64,000 nucleotides of DNA from Desulfobacterales bacterium. Its GTDB lineage: Bacteria; Desulfobacterota; Desulfobacteria; Desulfobacterales; UBA2174. The notes beneath the pieces were generated by a model. The model saw nothing but the letters and a program-made list of their open reading frames with translations, searched no databases and was not told the DNA's origin. Location of the stretch: the NCBI GenBank assembly GCA_963668645.2, contig CAXXWC010000008.1, positions 64,001 to 128,000 on the forward strand, given 5' to 3'. Made by a program: the position numbers and the translations under genes. This document shows positions 10,548-19,615 of this stretch, in pieces (within the stretch, counting starts at the first letter, position 1; each line of letters starts with the position of its first letter).

Positions 10548-10850
10548 GGCCGGCCTCCCGTCGCTGTCAAAATGGTACAATGCGTCCCGTTGCTGCATTT
10601 AATAATATCAATCCGCCGAACGGTCAAATCATCAATCTTCCAGGGATGCGGTCTCCGGTGGCGATTATCGGTTTGAAATCGCAATGTTAGGGCAGATATG
10701 GGTGGTATTTTGGGTGGTGTTGATTTAAGTGAATATAAATGACATTGAGCTCGCAAACGACACATTGAGACCAAAATTAACCCAAAATTACTCCAGCCTC
10801 GCACCAGGAGGCCCCTTCAACCACCGGCCAAAAATTGCTATATTCTTCCT

Positions 10851-11720
10851 ATGGAAAAGATCCGCCACCGCGAGGCAGCGCTCAACCGCCGCCCCAAACG
10901 ATGGGCGAGTTGGGTGGGGGCCGGGTTGATCCTGGCTTGCCTCTCATCGGGAGTCCAGGCTTCCGGCTGGCGCGAACTGACGCCGGGAATCGATTTGGGC
11001 CGCTTTGTCTATTCTGGCCAAGAAGGGGCTCGCCAGGTGCACATGGTGGTGGTGCGCGTCGATCCGCAAATCTGGGACCTGCGCCTGGCGTTGGCCTCCG
11101 AGACCGAGGGCATCGAAGGGTTGAGTGCCCGGGAGTGGTGCCGCCAGAAGGGATTTGTGGCCGCCATCAACGCGGGTATGTTCGCCACTGACTATCTGAC
11201 CCACATCGGATTTCTCCAGCATCACAACCACATCAACAATCCCCGGGTAAGTCGCTACCAGTCCGTGGCGACCTTTTGCCCGCGCAGAGCGGATCTTCCC
11301 CGTTTCCGGATCTTCGACCGGGACGAACCCGATTTTTCCATGGAAGCGATCCGCCGCGACTACCGCTGTATCATCCAGAATCTGCGTTTGATCAAACGTC
11401 CGGGGCAGAATCGCTGGGAACCCCAGAACAAGACCTGGATCGAGGCTGCCCTGGGTGAGGATGGGCAGGGACGGGCGCTTTTGATCATGAGCCGCACCGT
11501 CTGTTCGATGTATGAATTCAACCAGGCCCTGCTCGATCTGCCCTTGGATGTCGTCTGCGCCCAGCACCTGGAAGGCGGACCGGAGGCCCAACTCTTCATT
11601 TCGGTGGGCGATTTCAATCTTGAAATCCTCGGGGGCAACGAAACCCGTTTTCCCAAAGTGCCCCGGTGGACGGCCGCCTGGTCCCTGCCCAACGTGATCG
11701 GCATCGTGCCCCGGCGCTAA
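10851..11720 (+). CDS. Phosphodiester glycosidase-like (DUF2233/NAGPA) exported protein
   Basis: Signal-like N-terminus; AAINAGMF and QHLEGGPEAQL motifs. Confidence 0.65.
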   Translation: MEKIRHREAALNRRPKRWASWVGAGLILACLSSGVQASGWRELTPGIDLGRFVYSGQEGARQVHMVVVRVDPQIWDLRLALASETEGIEGLSAREWCRQKGFVAAINAGMFATDYLTHIGFLQHHNHINNPRVSRYQSVATFCPRRADLPRFRIFDRDEPDFSMEAIRRDYRCIIQNLRLIKRPGQNRWEPQNKTWIEAALGEDGQGRALLIMSRTVCSMYEFNQALLDLPLDVVCAQHLEGGPEAQLFISVGDFNLEILGGNETRFPKVPRWTAAWSLPNVIGIVPRR

Positions 11721-11737
11721 GGCGGCGTGCCCTGGCG

Positions 11738-12949
11738 CTATTCGTGGCGCAGGGCCGCGATGGGGTCCAGGCGGGCCGCCTGGCGGGCGGGGAAATAGCC
11801 GAAGACGATCCCCACGGCGGCTGAAAAAACCACCGCCAGCATCACGATCCCCGGGCTGAACACGAAGGGGACCCCCATGAAGTGGGCTCCGAGGGCCGCG
11901 GCGCCAAGTCCCATAAGGATGCCGCAGATCCCGCCCAGACCGGCCAGCACGACGGCCTCGACCAGAAACTGGCGCATCACGTCGCGCTCCATGGCACCGA
12001 TGGCCATGCGCGTGCCGATCTCGCGGGTCCGCTCGGTCACCGACACGAGCATGATGTTCATGATTCCGATCCCGCCCACCAGCAGGCTGACGGCCGCCAC
12101 GGCTCCCAAAAGAGTCGTGAGCACGCGTGTGGTGCCGGTCAGGGTCGAAACGATCTCCTGCATGTCGCGTACGTGGAAATCGTCCTCTTTGCCAGGACCG
12201 ATGCGCCTCCGTTCGCGCATGAGGCGTTCGATTTCGGCCTGGACCCGTTCGGTGGAGACCCCGTCGCGGGCCGATACGTAGATCGCCTCGACGTCGTTGT
12301 CGCCGGCGATGCGCCTTTGAAAAGTGCGCAGCGGGATCAACACCAGATCGTCCTGGTCCATACCGAAGCTGTTTTGCCCCTTGGCGGCCAGCACGCCGAT
12401 AACCTTGAAACTGATGCGGTTGAGCCGGATCCGTTCGCCCACCGCCGACTGGGCCCCGAAAAGATCCTGGTGTACCGTGGCGCCGATGAGGCAGACGGCC
12501 TTGCCGGCTTGCAGCTCGCCGGAGGAAAAGTTACGCCCTGCGGAAAGGTCCCAGTCGCGTACGGCGGTGTAGGTGTCGGTGGTGCCCGTCACTGTCGTCG
12601 ACCGGTTGGTGCTGCCCCGGATGGCCTGGGCCGTCTGGCTTGCGGTGGGCGCCACGGCCTCGAGCCCGCTGATTTCGCGCCGGATGGCTTCGGCGTCGGC
12701 CGCCTCGAAGGGCGGTGCGCTGGAGCGGGCCCCGCCCGGACCGTGCATGCCCTGGCCCGGGCGCACATGGAGCATGTTGCTGCCGAGCCGGGCGATGTCC
12801 TGGGTCACCTTGGCCGTGGCCCCCGACCCGAGGGTCACCATGGTGATCACCGCCGCCACTCCAATGACGATCCCCAGCACGGTCAAGGCCGACCGCAGTA
12901 CGTTGCGCCGGATGGCCCGCAGTGCCAACACGAAAGTTTCCCAGAACAT
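11738..12949 (-). CDS. MacB-type ABC exporter permease
   Basis: LTVLGIVIGVAAV, GGIGIMNIMLVSVTERTREIG and PARQAARLDPI motifs. Confidence 0.92.
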   Translation of the reverse strand: MFWETFVLALRAIRRNVLRSALTVLGIVIGVAAVITMVTLGSGATAKVTQDIARLGSNMLHVRPGQGMHGPGGARSSAPPFEAADAEAIRREISGLEAVAPTASQTAQAIRGSTNRSTTVTGTTDTYTAVRDWDLSAGRNFSSGELQAGKAVCLIGATVHQDLFGAQSAVGERIRLNRISFKVIGVLAAKGQNSFGMDQDDLVLIPLRTFQRRIAGDNDVEAIYVSARDGVSTERVQAEIERLMRERRRIGPGKEDDFHVRDMQEIVSTLTGTTRVLTTLLGAVAAVSLLVGGIGIMNIMLVSVTERTREIGTRMAIGAMERDVMRQFLVEAVVLAGLGGICGILMGLGAAALGAHFMGVPFVFSPGIVMLAVVFSAAVGIVFGYFPARQAARLDPIAALRHE

Positions 12950-12958
12950 GCCGTCTCC

Positions 12959-13675
12959 TCAGGAAGAATGGACCGCCGCGATGACACCGTCGCGAAAATG
13001 GATCTGGCGCCCGGCAAAGGCGGCCATCTCCTGTTCATGGGTGACCATCACCACGGTGAGGCCCCGCCGGCGGTTGAGCTCGGTCAACAGCCGCATCACC
13101 TCGCGGCTGCGCTCCGAGTCGAGGTTGCCGGTCGGCTCGTCGGCCAGCAAGACCCGGGGCTCGGAAACGATGGCCCGGGCGATGGCCACGCGCTGCTGCT
13201 GCCCGCCGGACAGTTCGCCGGGGGTGTGGCCTTCCCAGCCGGTCAGACCCACCGCGGCCAGGGCCTTCTCGGCCGCCTGGCGCCGGTGGCGGCGCCCCAT
13301 ACCGCGATATATCAAGGGCAATTCCACGTTTTCCAGGGCCGATGTGCGGGTCAGCAGGTTGAACCCCTGGAAGACGAATCCCAGGCAATGGCGCCGCAGC
13401 ACGGCCCGCTGGTCCCGGGACAGGTGGTCCACTGCCAGGCCGTCGAAGTGGTAGCTGCCCGCGGACGGAGTGTCGAGGCACCCGATGATGTTCATGCAGG
13501 TCGATTTGCCCGAGCCTGAAGGGCCCATCACCGCGACGAATTCACCGTGGGCCACTTCCAGGTCGACCCCGCTAAGGGCGTACATCGCCGCCTGTCCATG
13601 CCCGTAAACCTTGCTGACCCCGCTGAGGCGGATGATCGGCGTTGGCGGGAGCGTATGGGCCGAAGGCGTCTTCAT
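12959..13675 (-). CDS. MacB/LolD-type ABC ATP-binding subunit
   Basis: GPSGSGKS, GFVFQ, LSGGQQQR and LADEPTGNLD motifs. Confidence 0.92.
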   Translation of the reverse strand: MKTPSAHTLPPTPIIRLSGVSKVYGHGQAAMYALSGVDLEVAHGEFVAVMGPSGSGKSTCMNIIGCLDTPSAGSYHFDGLAVDHLSRDQRAVLRRHCLGFVFQGFNLLTRTSALENVELPLIYRGMGRRHRRQAAEKALAAVGLTGWEGHTPGELSGGQQQRVAIARAIVSEPRVLLADEPTGNLDSERSREVMRLLTELNRRRGLTVVMVTHEQEMAAFAGRQIHFRDGVIAAVHSS

Positions 13676-14919
13676 TTGGCTTCCGCCAACGTGTCGATGA
13701 TCACCTCGGTGCCCTGCGCCAACGCCGTGCTGCGAACCTCGGTGAGAATTCCGTCGCTTTGTCCGACCGCCACCGGGACCGGGACCGGTCGGCCTGCCTG
13801 CAGTATCCAGACGCGCGGCCCTCTCTGGCCCGCCGGGCGCGGCGATGAGCGACGCGGGCGAGGTATGAGGCGCTCCAAAAAACCGCGTCTATGGTCTGGG
13901 CCGGCCTCTTGGTTCGGTTTAAAGCGCAAGGCGGCGTTGGGCACGATCAGGGCGTCGGTGATTTTCTGGACGGTGATTTCGGCCGCGGCGGTCATGCCGG
14001 GCCGCAGGGTCAGATCTTCGTTGGCCACCGTGAGTACGGTCTTGTACGTCACCACACCGTTGGTGGTGGCTGCCGCGTAACGGACCTGTCGGATGCGGGC
14101 CGGAAAGCTGCGTTCCGGGTAGGCGTCGACGGTGAAGACCGCCTCCTGGCCCTCGCGCACCTGGCCCACGTCGGCTTCGTCCACGTCCACCTGCAGTTCC
14201 ATACGCGCCAGGTCTTCGGCCAAAGTGAAGAGGACAGGGGCCTGAAGGGATGCGGCCACGGTCTGGCCCGGCTCGACGCTGCGGGCCAGCACGACCCCGT
14301 TGATGGGCGAATAGATGACACTTTTCTCCAGGTTGGTGCGATCGACGTTGAGGGTCGCCTCGGCTTCGGCGATCCGGGCCGAGGCAGAGGCTTGGCCCGC
14401 CTCGGCCCTTTTCAGGGTGGCCTCTGCGGCTTCGATGTCCTGGGCCGATGGGACCCTGTTCCGGGTGAGGCGGTGCAGGGTGCGCAGCCGTTCCAGGTTT
14501 GTGCGCGCCTCGGACGCCGTGGCCTGGGTTTCGGCCAAGTCGGCCCTGGCCGATACCAGGGCCGCCGCGCTCTTGGCCACCGCGGCCTTCAGCTTGGTGT
14601 CGTCCAAACGCGCCAACTCCTGGCCGACCCGGACCCGATCGTTGTAGTCCACCGCCACCGTTTTGATGATCCCCGACAGCTCGCTGCCCACATCGACCTG
14701 ATTGGTGGGCTCCAGCGTGCCGGTGGCCCCTACGGTCACCGTCAGGTCACCGCGTCGCACCGCCTCGGTGGTGAACCGCGGCTGCCGGGCCTCGACCCGG
14801 TGGTAAGCGGCCCACAAGGCCGCACCGCCTGCGGCCAGGACCAGTAGTGCCAGGCAGAAAAACATCAGGCGTCCCCGGCGGCCGTTGGCCGTTTTTTCCA
14901 GTTCCTTGGTCAGATCCAT
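13672..14919 (-). CDS. MacA-type periplasmic adaptor (efflux MFP)
   Basis: N-terminal TM; VDVGSELSG, SPINGVV, VDEADVG and LRPGMTA motifs. Confidence 0.9.
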   Translation of the reverse strand: MDLTKELEKTANGRRGRLMFFCLALLVLAAGGAALWAAYHRVEARQPRFTTEAVRRGDLTVTVGATGTLEPTNQVDVGSELSGIIKTVAVDYNDRVRVGQELARLDDTKLKAAVAKSAAALVSARADLAETQATASEARTNLERLRTLHRLTRNRVPSAQDIEAAEATLKRAEAGQASASARIAEAEATLNVDRTNLEKSVIYSPINGVVLARSVEPGQTVAASLQAPVLFTLAEDLARMELQVDVDEADVGQVREGQEAVFTVDAYPERSFPARIRQVRYAAATTNGVVTYKTVLTVANEDLTLRPGMTAAAEITVQKITDALIVPNAALRFKPNQEAGPDHRRGFLERLIPRPRRSSPRPAGQRGPRVWILQAGRPVPVPVAVGQSDGILTEVRSTALAQGTEVIIDTLAEAK

Positions 14920-15011
14920 GTGCCGCTTTCCTTAGCTTCTGGTTCGATCCGCCGGGGCGGCCATCTTTTCCGCCTTTAAGGTCAAGGGCATGCCGCCGTC
15001 TCCTTTGGATC

Positions 15012-15040
15012 GAGTCGGCCCGAAATGGGAATCGGTTACA
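15012..15040 (-). promoter_or_regulatory. Putative ECF sigma promoter for the MacAB-type operon (TGTAAC-N17-CGACTC)
   Basis: Minus strand reads TGTAAC CGATTCCCATTTCGGGC CGACTC; boxes and spacing match the divergent copy at 15124-15152. Confidence 0.65.
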
Positions 15041-15123
15041 TCCATTCATAAGTATAGACGAGACGTCCGGAAAATTTGTTCGGCGGATGGATCTCAAACG
15101 GCGTCGTCGAACTCAAGCGAGAC

Positions 15124-15152
15124 TGTAACCGCCGTGTGGCCTGCGGCGACTC
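15124..15152 (+). promoter_or_regulatory. Putative ECF sigma autoregulatory promoter (TGTAAC-N17-CGACTC)
   Basis: TGTAAC CGCCGTGTGGCCTGCGG CGACTC upstream of the ECF sigma gene. Confidence 0.65.
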
Positions 15153-15325
15153 ATATCATAGTTGAAACAGTAGCGGCCCAGATTCGTGCCATTGCGCTGT
15201 TTACGGGGGCATGATACCCCATAAGCCGAGGCTGGAAACAAGGCGGGCGGGAAGGCCGGGGATCCGGCTGGTGGCTTTTTCCCGCTCACGGCAGAACGCA
15301 ATCGGCAGGGACGGAGGCGGCGCAG

Positions 15326-15907
15326 TTGACCAGCGGCGGCTCAACGGACATGGACGACATCCGCCGGGTATTGGCGGGCGACGTGGATGCCTTCGCGGAA
15401 CTGGTAAAACGCCATCAGGATTACGTGGCGCGCATCGTGCGGCGCCACGTCCCGCCGGACCGGGTGGCCGAGACCGTTCAGGATGCCTTGGTGCGCGCCT
15501 ACCAGTCGCTGGGGGGATTCCGCCGGACCGAAAGCTTTCGTCAATGGCTCTCGGCCATCAGCGTGCGCACCTGTTACGATTTCTGGCGCCGCCGCTACCG
15601 CCGGCGGGAGGTGGCCGTCAGCCAACTTTCCGAGGCCCACCAACAGTGGCTGGAAAAGTTCCAGGCCCAGGACGCCGGAGACACGTGGCAGGAACTGAGC
15701 GACCGGGCCGAAGCCCGCGAAATCCTGGACGCGGCCATGGCCCGGCTTTCGCCCGAGGATCGGATGGTCATCGAACTGGTTCATCTGGAGGAGCGCCCGG
15801 TGGCTGAAGCGGCCCGGCTGCTGGGGTGGAGCCGGACCAACGTCAAGGTCAGAGCTTTTCGTGCCCGCAAGCGGCTGCACCAGATCATTCTGGGGGGCTT
15901 GCCATGA
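15326..15907 (+). CDS. ECF-type RNA polymerase sigma factor
   Basis: GDVDAFAELVKRH, VQDA..F..WL..I, region 4 EAARLLGWSRTNVKVRAFRAR; GGAGG RBS before TTG. Confidence 0.9.
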   Translation: MTSGGSTDMDDIRRVLAGDVDAFAELVKRHQDYVARIVRRHVPPDRVAETVQDALVRAYQSLGGFRRTESFRQWLSAISVRTCYDFWRRRYRRREVAVSQLSEAHQQWLEKFQAQDAGDTWQELSDRAEAREILDAAMARLSPEDRMVIELVHLEERPVAEAARLLGWSRTNVKVRAFRARKRLHQIILGGLP

Positions 15908-16218
15908 AGAAGAGATCGATTTCGATGGAAGAACAGCTCGATCGGATCATGCGCCGGATCCACTGGTCCAGAGAAAATCTGCCGATTGCGGATTTGCGAA
16001 TCGAAGCGGTGATGGCGCAAATCCACAGCCGGCCCGAAATCCGGGGGTGGATGGAAAGATGGTCTTTCGAAACGCTGGTCTGGCGCCTGGCCCCGGCCAC
16101 CGCGGCTTTGACCCTGGCCTTGCTGGGTCTATGGATCAACCTCGAGCTGATCACCGACGCCGATCTGTTCCAGTCCTTTTACATCCGACCTCAGCTCCTG
16201 AGTCTGCTGAACTTTTAA
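15904..16218 (+). CDS. Putative single-TM anti-sigma factor
   Basis: ATGA overlap with sigma stop; one TM segment. Confidence 0.55.
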   Translation: MKKRSISMEEQLDRIMRRIHWSRENLPIADLRIEAVMAQIHSRPEIRGWMERWSFETLVWRLAPATAALTLALLGLWINLELITDADLFQSFYIRPQLLSLLNF

Positions 16219-16236
16219 CCCCCGGGCGAGGTGGCC

Positions 16237-16629
16237 ATGGGTAAATGGAAAACCATTGCCGGTGTTTTGTTGGTGCTAATCCTGGGAGCCCTGACGGGCA
16301 GCTTGGGCACCGAATGGTTTCTCAAATCGCGCCATCCCCTGTTTAAGCAGGACCCCGAGCAGCGCGTGGCCTTCATCATGCAGCGGCTGTCGGACCGGCT
16401 CGACCTGAGTGCGGCCCAACGGCCCGCCATTGAAACGGTCGTGCGCCGCATGGACGAAGAACTGCAGCGCCACCTCGATCAGCAGCGTCTTGAAATGCGC
16501 CGCATCCTTGACAGTTACGCCGCCGTCATCAAACCGATGCTGTCGCCTGAACAGCAGGAGAAATTAGCCGCTTTCAGGCAGGAACTGGAGGCGCGGCGCA
16601 AGAACCGCAGACCTCCGCCTGAACCGTAA
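16237..16629 (+). CDS. Periplasmic Spy/CpxP-like helical protein
   Basis: N-terminal TM; LDLSAAQR and LSPEQQEK (LTxxQ-type) motifs. Confidence 0.7.
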   Translation: MGKWKTIAGVLLVLILGALTGSLGTEWFLKSRHPLFKQDPEQRVAFIMQRLSDRLDLSAAQRPAIETVVRRMDEELQRHLDQQRLEMRRILDSYAAVIKPMLSPEQQEKLAAFRQELEARRKNRRPPPEP

Positions 16630-16735
16630 AGCGTTTTTTCCCTGTTGACAGTACCCGCTGGTGGGCTGAATATTTCACGCGGCCTGTAACCGGCGATGAA
16701 TACGCGCAGCTTTCATCGCTTAAAGGAGAAAGCAA

Positions 16736-17434
16736 ATGAAAAGAAACTGGCTGAATACAGCGATAACCGTCGGACTTGCCATGAGCCTGCTGGCCTGCGC
16801 CGGTGCTACCCGGCAGCAGACCGGTACCGGAGTCGGTGCCGGTACGGGGGCCGTTGTAGGAGCGGTCCTGGGCCAGGCCATCGGGCGCAACACGGAAGCC
16901 ACCCTTCTGGGCGCCGGGATCGGCGCGGCGTTGGGAGCGGTGGCCGGAAATCAGATCGGTGCCTACATGGACCGCCAGGAAAGGGACCTGAGAAACGCCC
17001 TGGCGGCCAGCGAGGCGGCCAGCGTCAGGCGCACCCAGGAAGCCGTGGCCACCGCCGAGGCCAGGGGCCGGCAGGGAAGGGTGGACGTGCTCACGGCGAC
17101 CTTCAAGTCCGAAGTGATGTTCGATTTTGATTCGGCGACCCTGAAGCCCGGAGGGTTCACCGAGCTGCAGCGGGTGGCGGATGTGCTCAGGCGCTACCCG
17201 GAAACCACCATCGTGGTCGAGGGGCACACCGACAGCCGGGGCAGCGACGCCTACAATCAGGTATTGAGCGAAAAGCGGGCTCAAGCCGTACGTACCGCCC
17301 TGGTGGAGATGGGGGTGGCGGCCGAACGGATCGAAGCCGTGGGCTACGGTGAGTCGCGGCCGATTTCCAGCGACGACGCCGTAAACCGGCGCGTCTCGAT
17401 CACCATTCGACCGATTGTCGCCGCCGTGGGCTGA
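16736..17434 (+). CDS. OmpA-family lipoprotein with glycine zipper
   Basis: Lipobox LLAC; Gly zipper; FDFDSA, EGHTDSRG, LSEKRA, GYGESRP and NRRV motifs. Confidence 0.92.
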   Translation: MKRNWLNTAITVGLAMSLLACAGATRQQTGTGVGAGTGAVVGAVLGQAIGRNTEATLLGAGIGAALGAVAGNQIGAYMDRQERDLRNALAASEAASVRRTQEAVATAEARGRQGRVDVLTATFKSEVMFDFDSATLKPGGFTELQRVADVLRRYPETTIVVEGHTDSRGSDAYNQVLSEKRAQAVRTALVEMGVAAERIEAVGYGESRPISSDDAVNRRVSITIRPIVAAVG

Positions 17435-17717
17435 TGGCCGGCCAATAGCGGGCAGTGGCCTTACGTGCGCCTGGGCGACCAACGGTATGGGTGGGTTCAA
17501 CAGGTCTTCACGGCTCCGATCCTTTTGCCTGCCTGCAGTTGAAACCGGCTGCCTTGCTTCGCCCGGGATTATGGTGCACCATAATCCCGGGCGATTTTTT
17601 CACACATCCTTTCTCGCCGTTTGAAGCGGTGTCCATCCCCGCCTATCGCCCTGAGTGGCGTTTGAGCGTCATTTGCATGTTGAGGAGGCACTTGCCAGAG
17701 TTGCGCCCGCTTTTGCC

Positions 17718-17745
17718 TTGACAACCGGGCGGAGGGCGCTATTTT
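17718..17745 (+). promoter_or_regulatory. Possible sigma70 promoter
   Basis: TTGACA-N16-TATTTT about 40 nt before ATG 17784. Confidence 0.4.
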
Positions 17746-17783
17746 GCACTTTTGCTCACAACCGTCCATAGCAAGGAGTGATT

Positions 17784-19493
17784 ATGACACAGCAGGTCCT
17801 CTTCATCGGTGGGGTGGCCCTGGGCTCCAAGGCCGCTTGCCGCTTCAAGCGGCTCGAGCCCGCGTCGCGGGCCGTGATCATGGATGCCGATCGTTTCGTA
17901 TCCTACGGCGGCTGCGGGATACCCTATTACGTTTCGGGAGATGTCAGCGATATCTCGGAGCTGCGCAGTACGAGCTTTCACATGATCCGCGACGAAAAAT
18001 TTTTCCACGACTGCAAAGACATCGAACTGATGACCGAAACCCGGGCCACCCGGATCGACCGTCAGAACAAGGTCGTCCACTTCCAGAAGGCCGACGGAAC
18101 CACCGATTCGCTGGCCTACGACAAGCTGGTGATCGGTACCGGCTCGATACCTCGCCCCCTTCCCTTGAAAGGACTGGAACTGGGCAACGTACACAACGCC
18201 AGCAACCTGCACGATGCAGCGGCCATCAAGGCCCTGGTGGTGCGCGGGATGGTGGAAAAGGCGGTGGTGATCGGCGGCGGGTTCATAGGTCTGGAAATGG
18301 CCGAGGCCCTGGCCGATATGTGGGAGGTGGACACCACCGTGGTCGAACTGTGCGACCAGATCATGCCTGGATTCGTCAGTCCGGGATTCGCCCGCATGGC
18401 CCAGCGGCACATGGAGGGAAAAGGCGTCCATTTCCGTCTGGGTGAAAAGGTCGTGGGCATGGAGGGAGAAGACGGAGTGGTCCGGCGCGTAGTGACCGAA
18501 CAAGGTGCCATCGACGCCGATTTGGTGGTCATGGGGGTGGGGGTGGTGCCCAACACCGATCTGGCCCGGGAAGCAGGGTTGGAAGTCAGCCCGGCCGGCA
18601 TCGTGGTCAACGACCGGCTGCAGACCTCGGATCCGGACATCTATGCCGGGGGCGACTGCATCCAGACCCGCAACCTGGTCAGCGGGAAACCGGCCTTTTT
18701 TCCCCTGGGATCCATGGCCAATCGCCAGGGTCGGGTGATCGGCACCAACCTGGCCGGCGGCGACGCGTGTTTTGCCGGTGCGGTGGGCAGCTTCGTGGTC
18801 AAGCTCTTCGATAACAGCCTGGCCGGGGCCGGCCTGACGGTCGCCAACGCCCGCAAGGCCGGTTTCGATGCGATCAGCGTACAGGTGGCCCAACTCGATC
18901 GCGCCCATTTTTATCCCACCAAGCAGATGATGCACCTCGAGCTGGTCGTCGAAAACGGCACCCGCCGGGTCTTGGGAATTCAGGGGTTTGGCATCAGCAG
19001 CAACGATGCCATGGTGGGCCGCATCAACGCCGTGGCCGCCATTCTGGACCGCAACCCGACGGTGGACGACATCAGCAACCTCGAGCTGGCCTATTCGCCG
19101 CCCTTTTCTTCCGCCATGGACATCCTCAACGCACTGGGCAATGCGGCCGACAACCTGCTGGCCGGCCGTTACCAGGGCCTGGACGCCGGCGCCTTCGAGA
19201 CCGCCTGGAAGGCCCGCGGCGAAGCGGGCAGCTGCTTCTTTCTCGATACCCGCGCCCGCGAGGACGGCCAACCCGTTGCCGAGAAACATCCGGGCCGCTG
19301 GATCAACATTCCCCAGGACGAGTTGCGCCGGCGCATCGACGAGGTGCCTGAGGATCGGGAGATTATCCTGGTCTGCAATACCGGCGTGCGATCCTATGAG
19401 GCCCAACTGAACCTGCGCCAGCTCGGGCGCGAGAACACCCGCACCCTCCAGGGCGGCATGGTGACGTTGAAAAAAAGCGGGGTTGAAGTCTGA
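17784..19493 (+). CDS. CoA-disulfide/persulfide reductase-like flavoprotein with C-terminal rhodanese domain
   Basis: SYGGCGIPY active Cys, GGGFIGLE, YAGGD, LAYSPPF; rhodanese VCNTGVRS. Confidence 0.85.
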   Translation: MTQQVLFIGGVALGSKAACRFKRLEPASRAVIMDADRFVSYGGCGIPYYVSGDVSDISELRSTSFHMIRDEKFFHDCKDIELMTETRATRIDRQNKVVHFQKADGTTDSLAYDKLVIGTGSIPRPLPLKGLELGNVHNASNLHDAAAIKALVVRGMVEKAVVIGGGFIGLEMAEALADMWEVDTTVVELCDQIMPGFVSPGFARMAQRHMEGKGVHFRLGEKVVGMEGEDGVVRRVVTEQGAIDADLVVMGVGVVPNTDLAREAGLEVSPAGIVVNDRLQTSDPDIYAGGDCIQTRNLVSGKPAFFPLGSMANRQGRVIGTNLAGGDACFAGAVGSFVVKLFDNSLAGAGLTVANARKAGFDAISVQVAQLDRAHFYPTKQMMHLELVVENGTRRVLGIQGFGISSNDAMVGRINAVAAILDRNPTVDDISNLELAYSPPFSSAMDILNALGNAADNLLAGRYQGLDAGAFETAWKARGEAGSCFFLDTRAREDGQPVAEKHPGRWINIPQDELRRRIDEVPEDREIILVCNTGVRSYEAQLNLRQLGRENTRTLQGGMVTLKKSGVEV

Positions 19494-19615
19494 CGGCCGG
19501 AAAAAGGTGAAAATCCGGGTATAGACCCGGGCATATCGAGACGCGATTTTTTCCCTGTTGATGTTTAAAACGGTTTTGCCTCTGCCTTTTGCAGGAGAAA
19601 GGGACAGGTCCGCCC

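Noticed and set aside
16685..16713. TGTAACCG upstream of ompA (also on the minus strand at 24623-24630, upstream of bfr) as further ECF promoters
   Set aside because: No CGACTC -10 box at the 17-bp spacing
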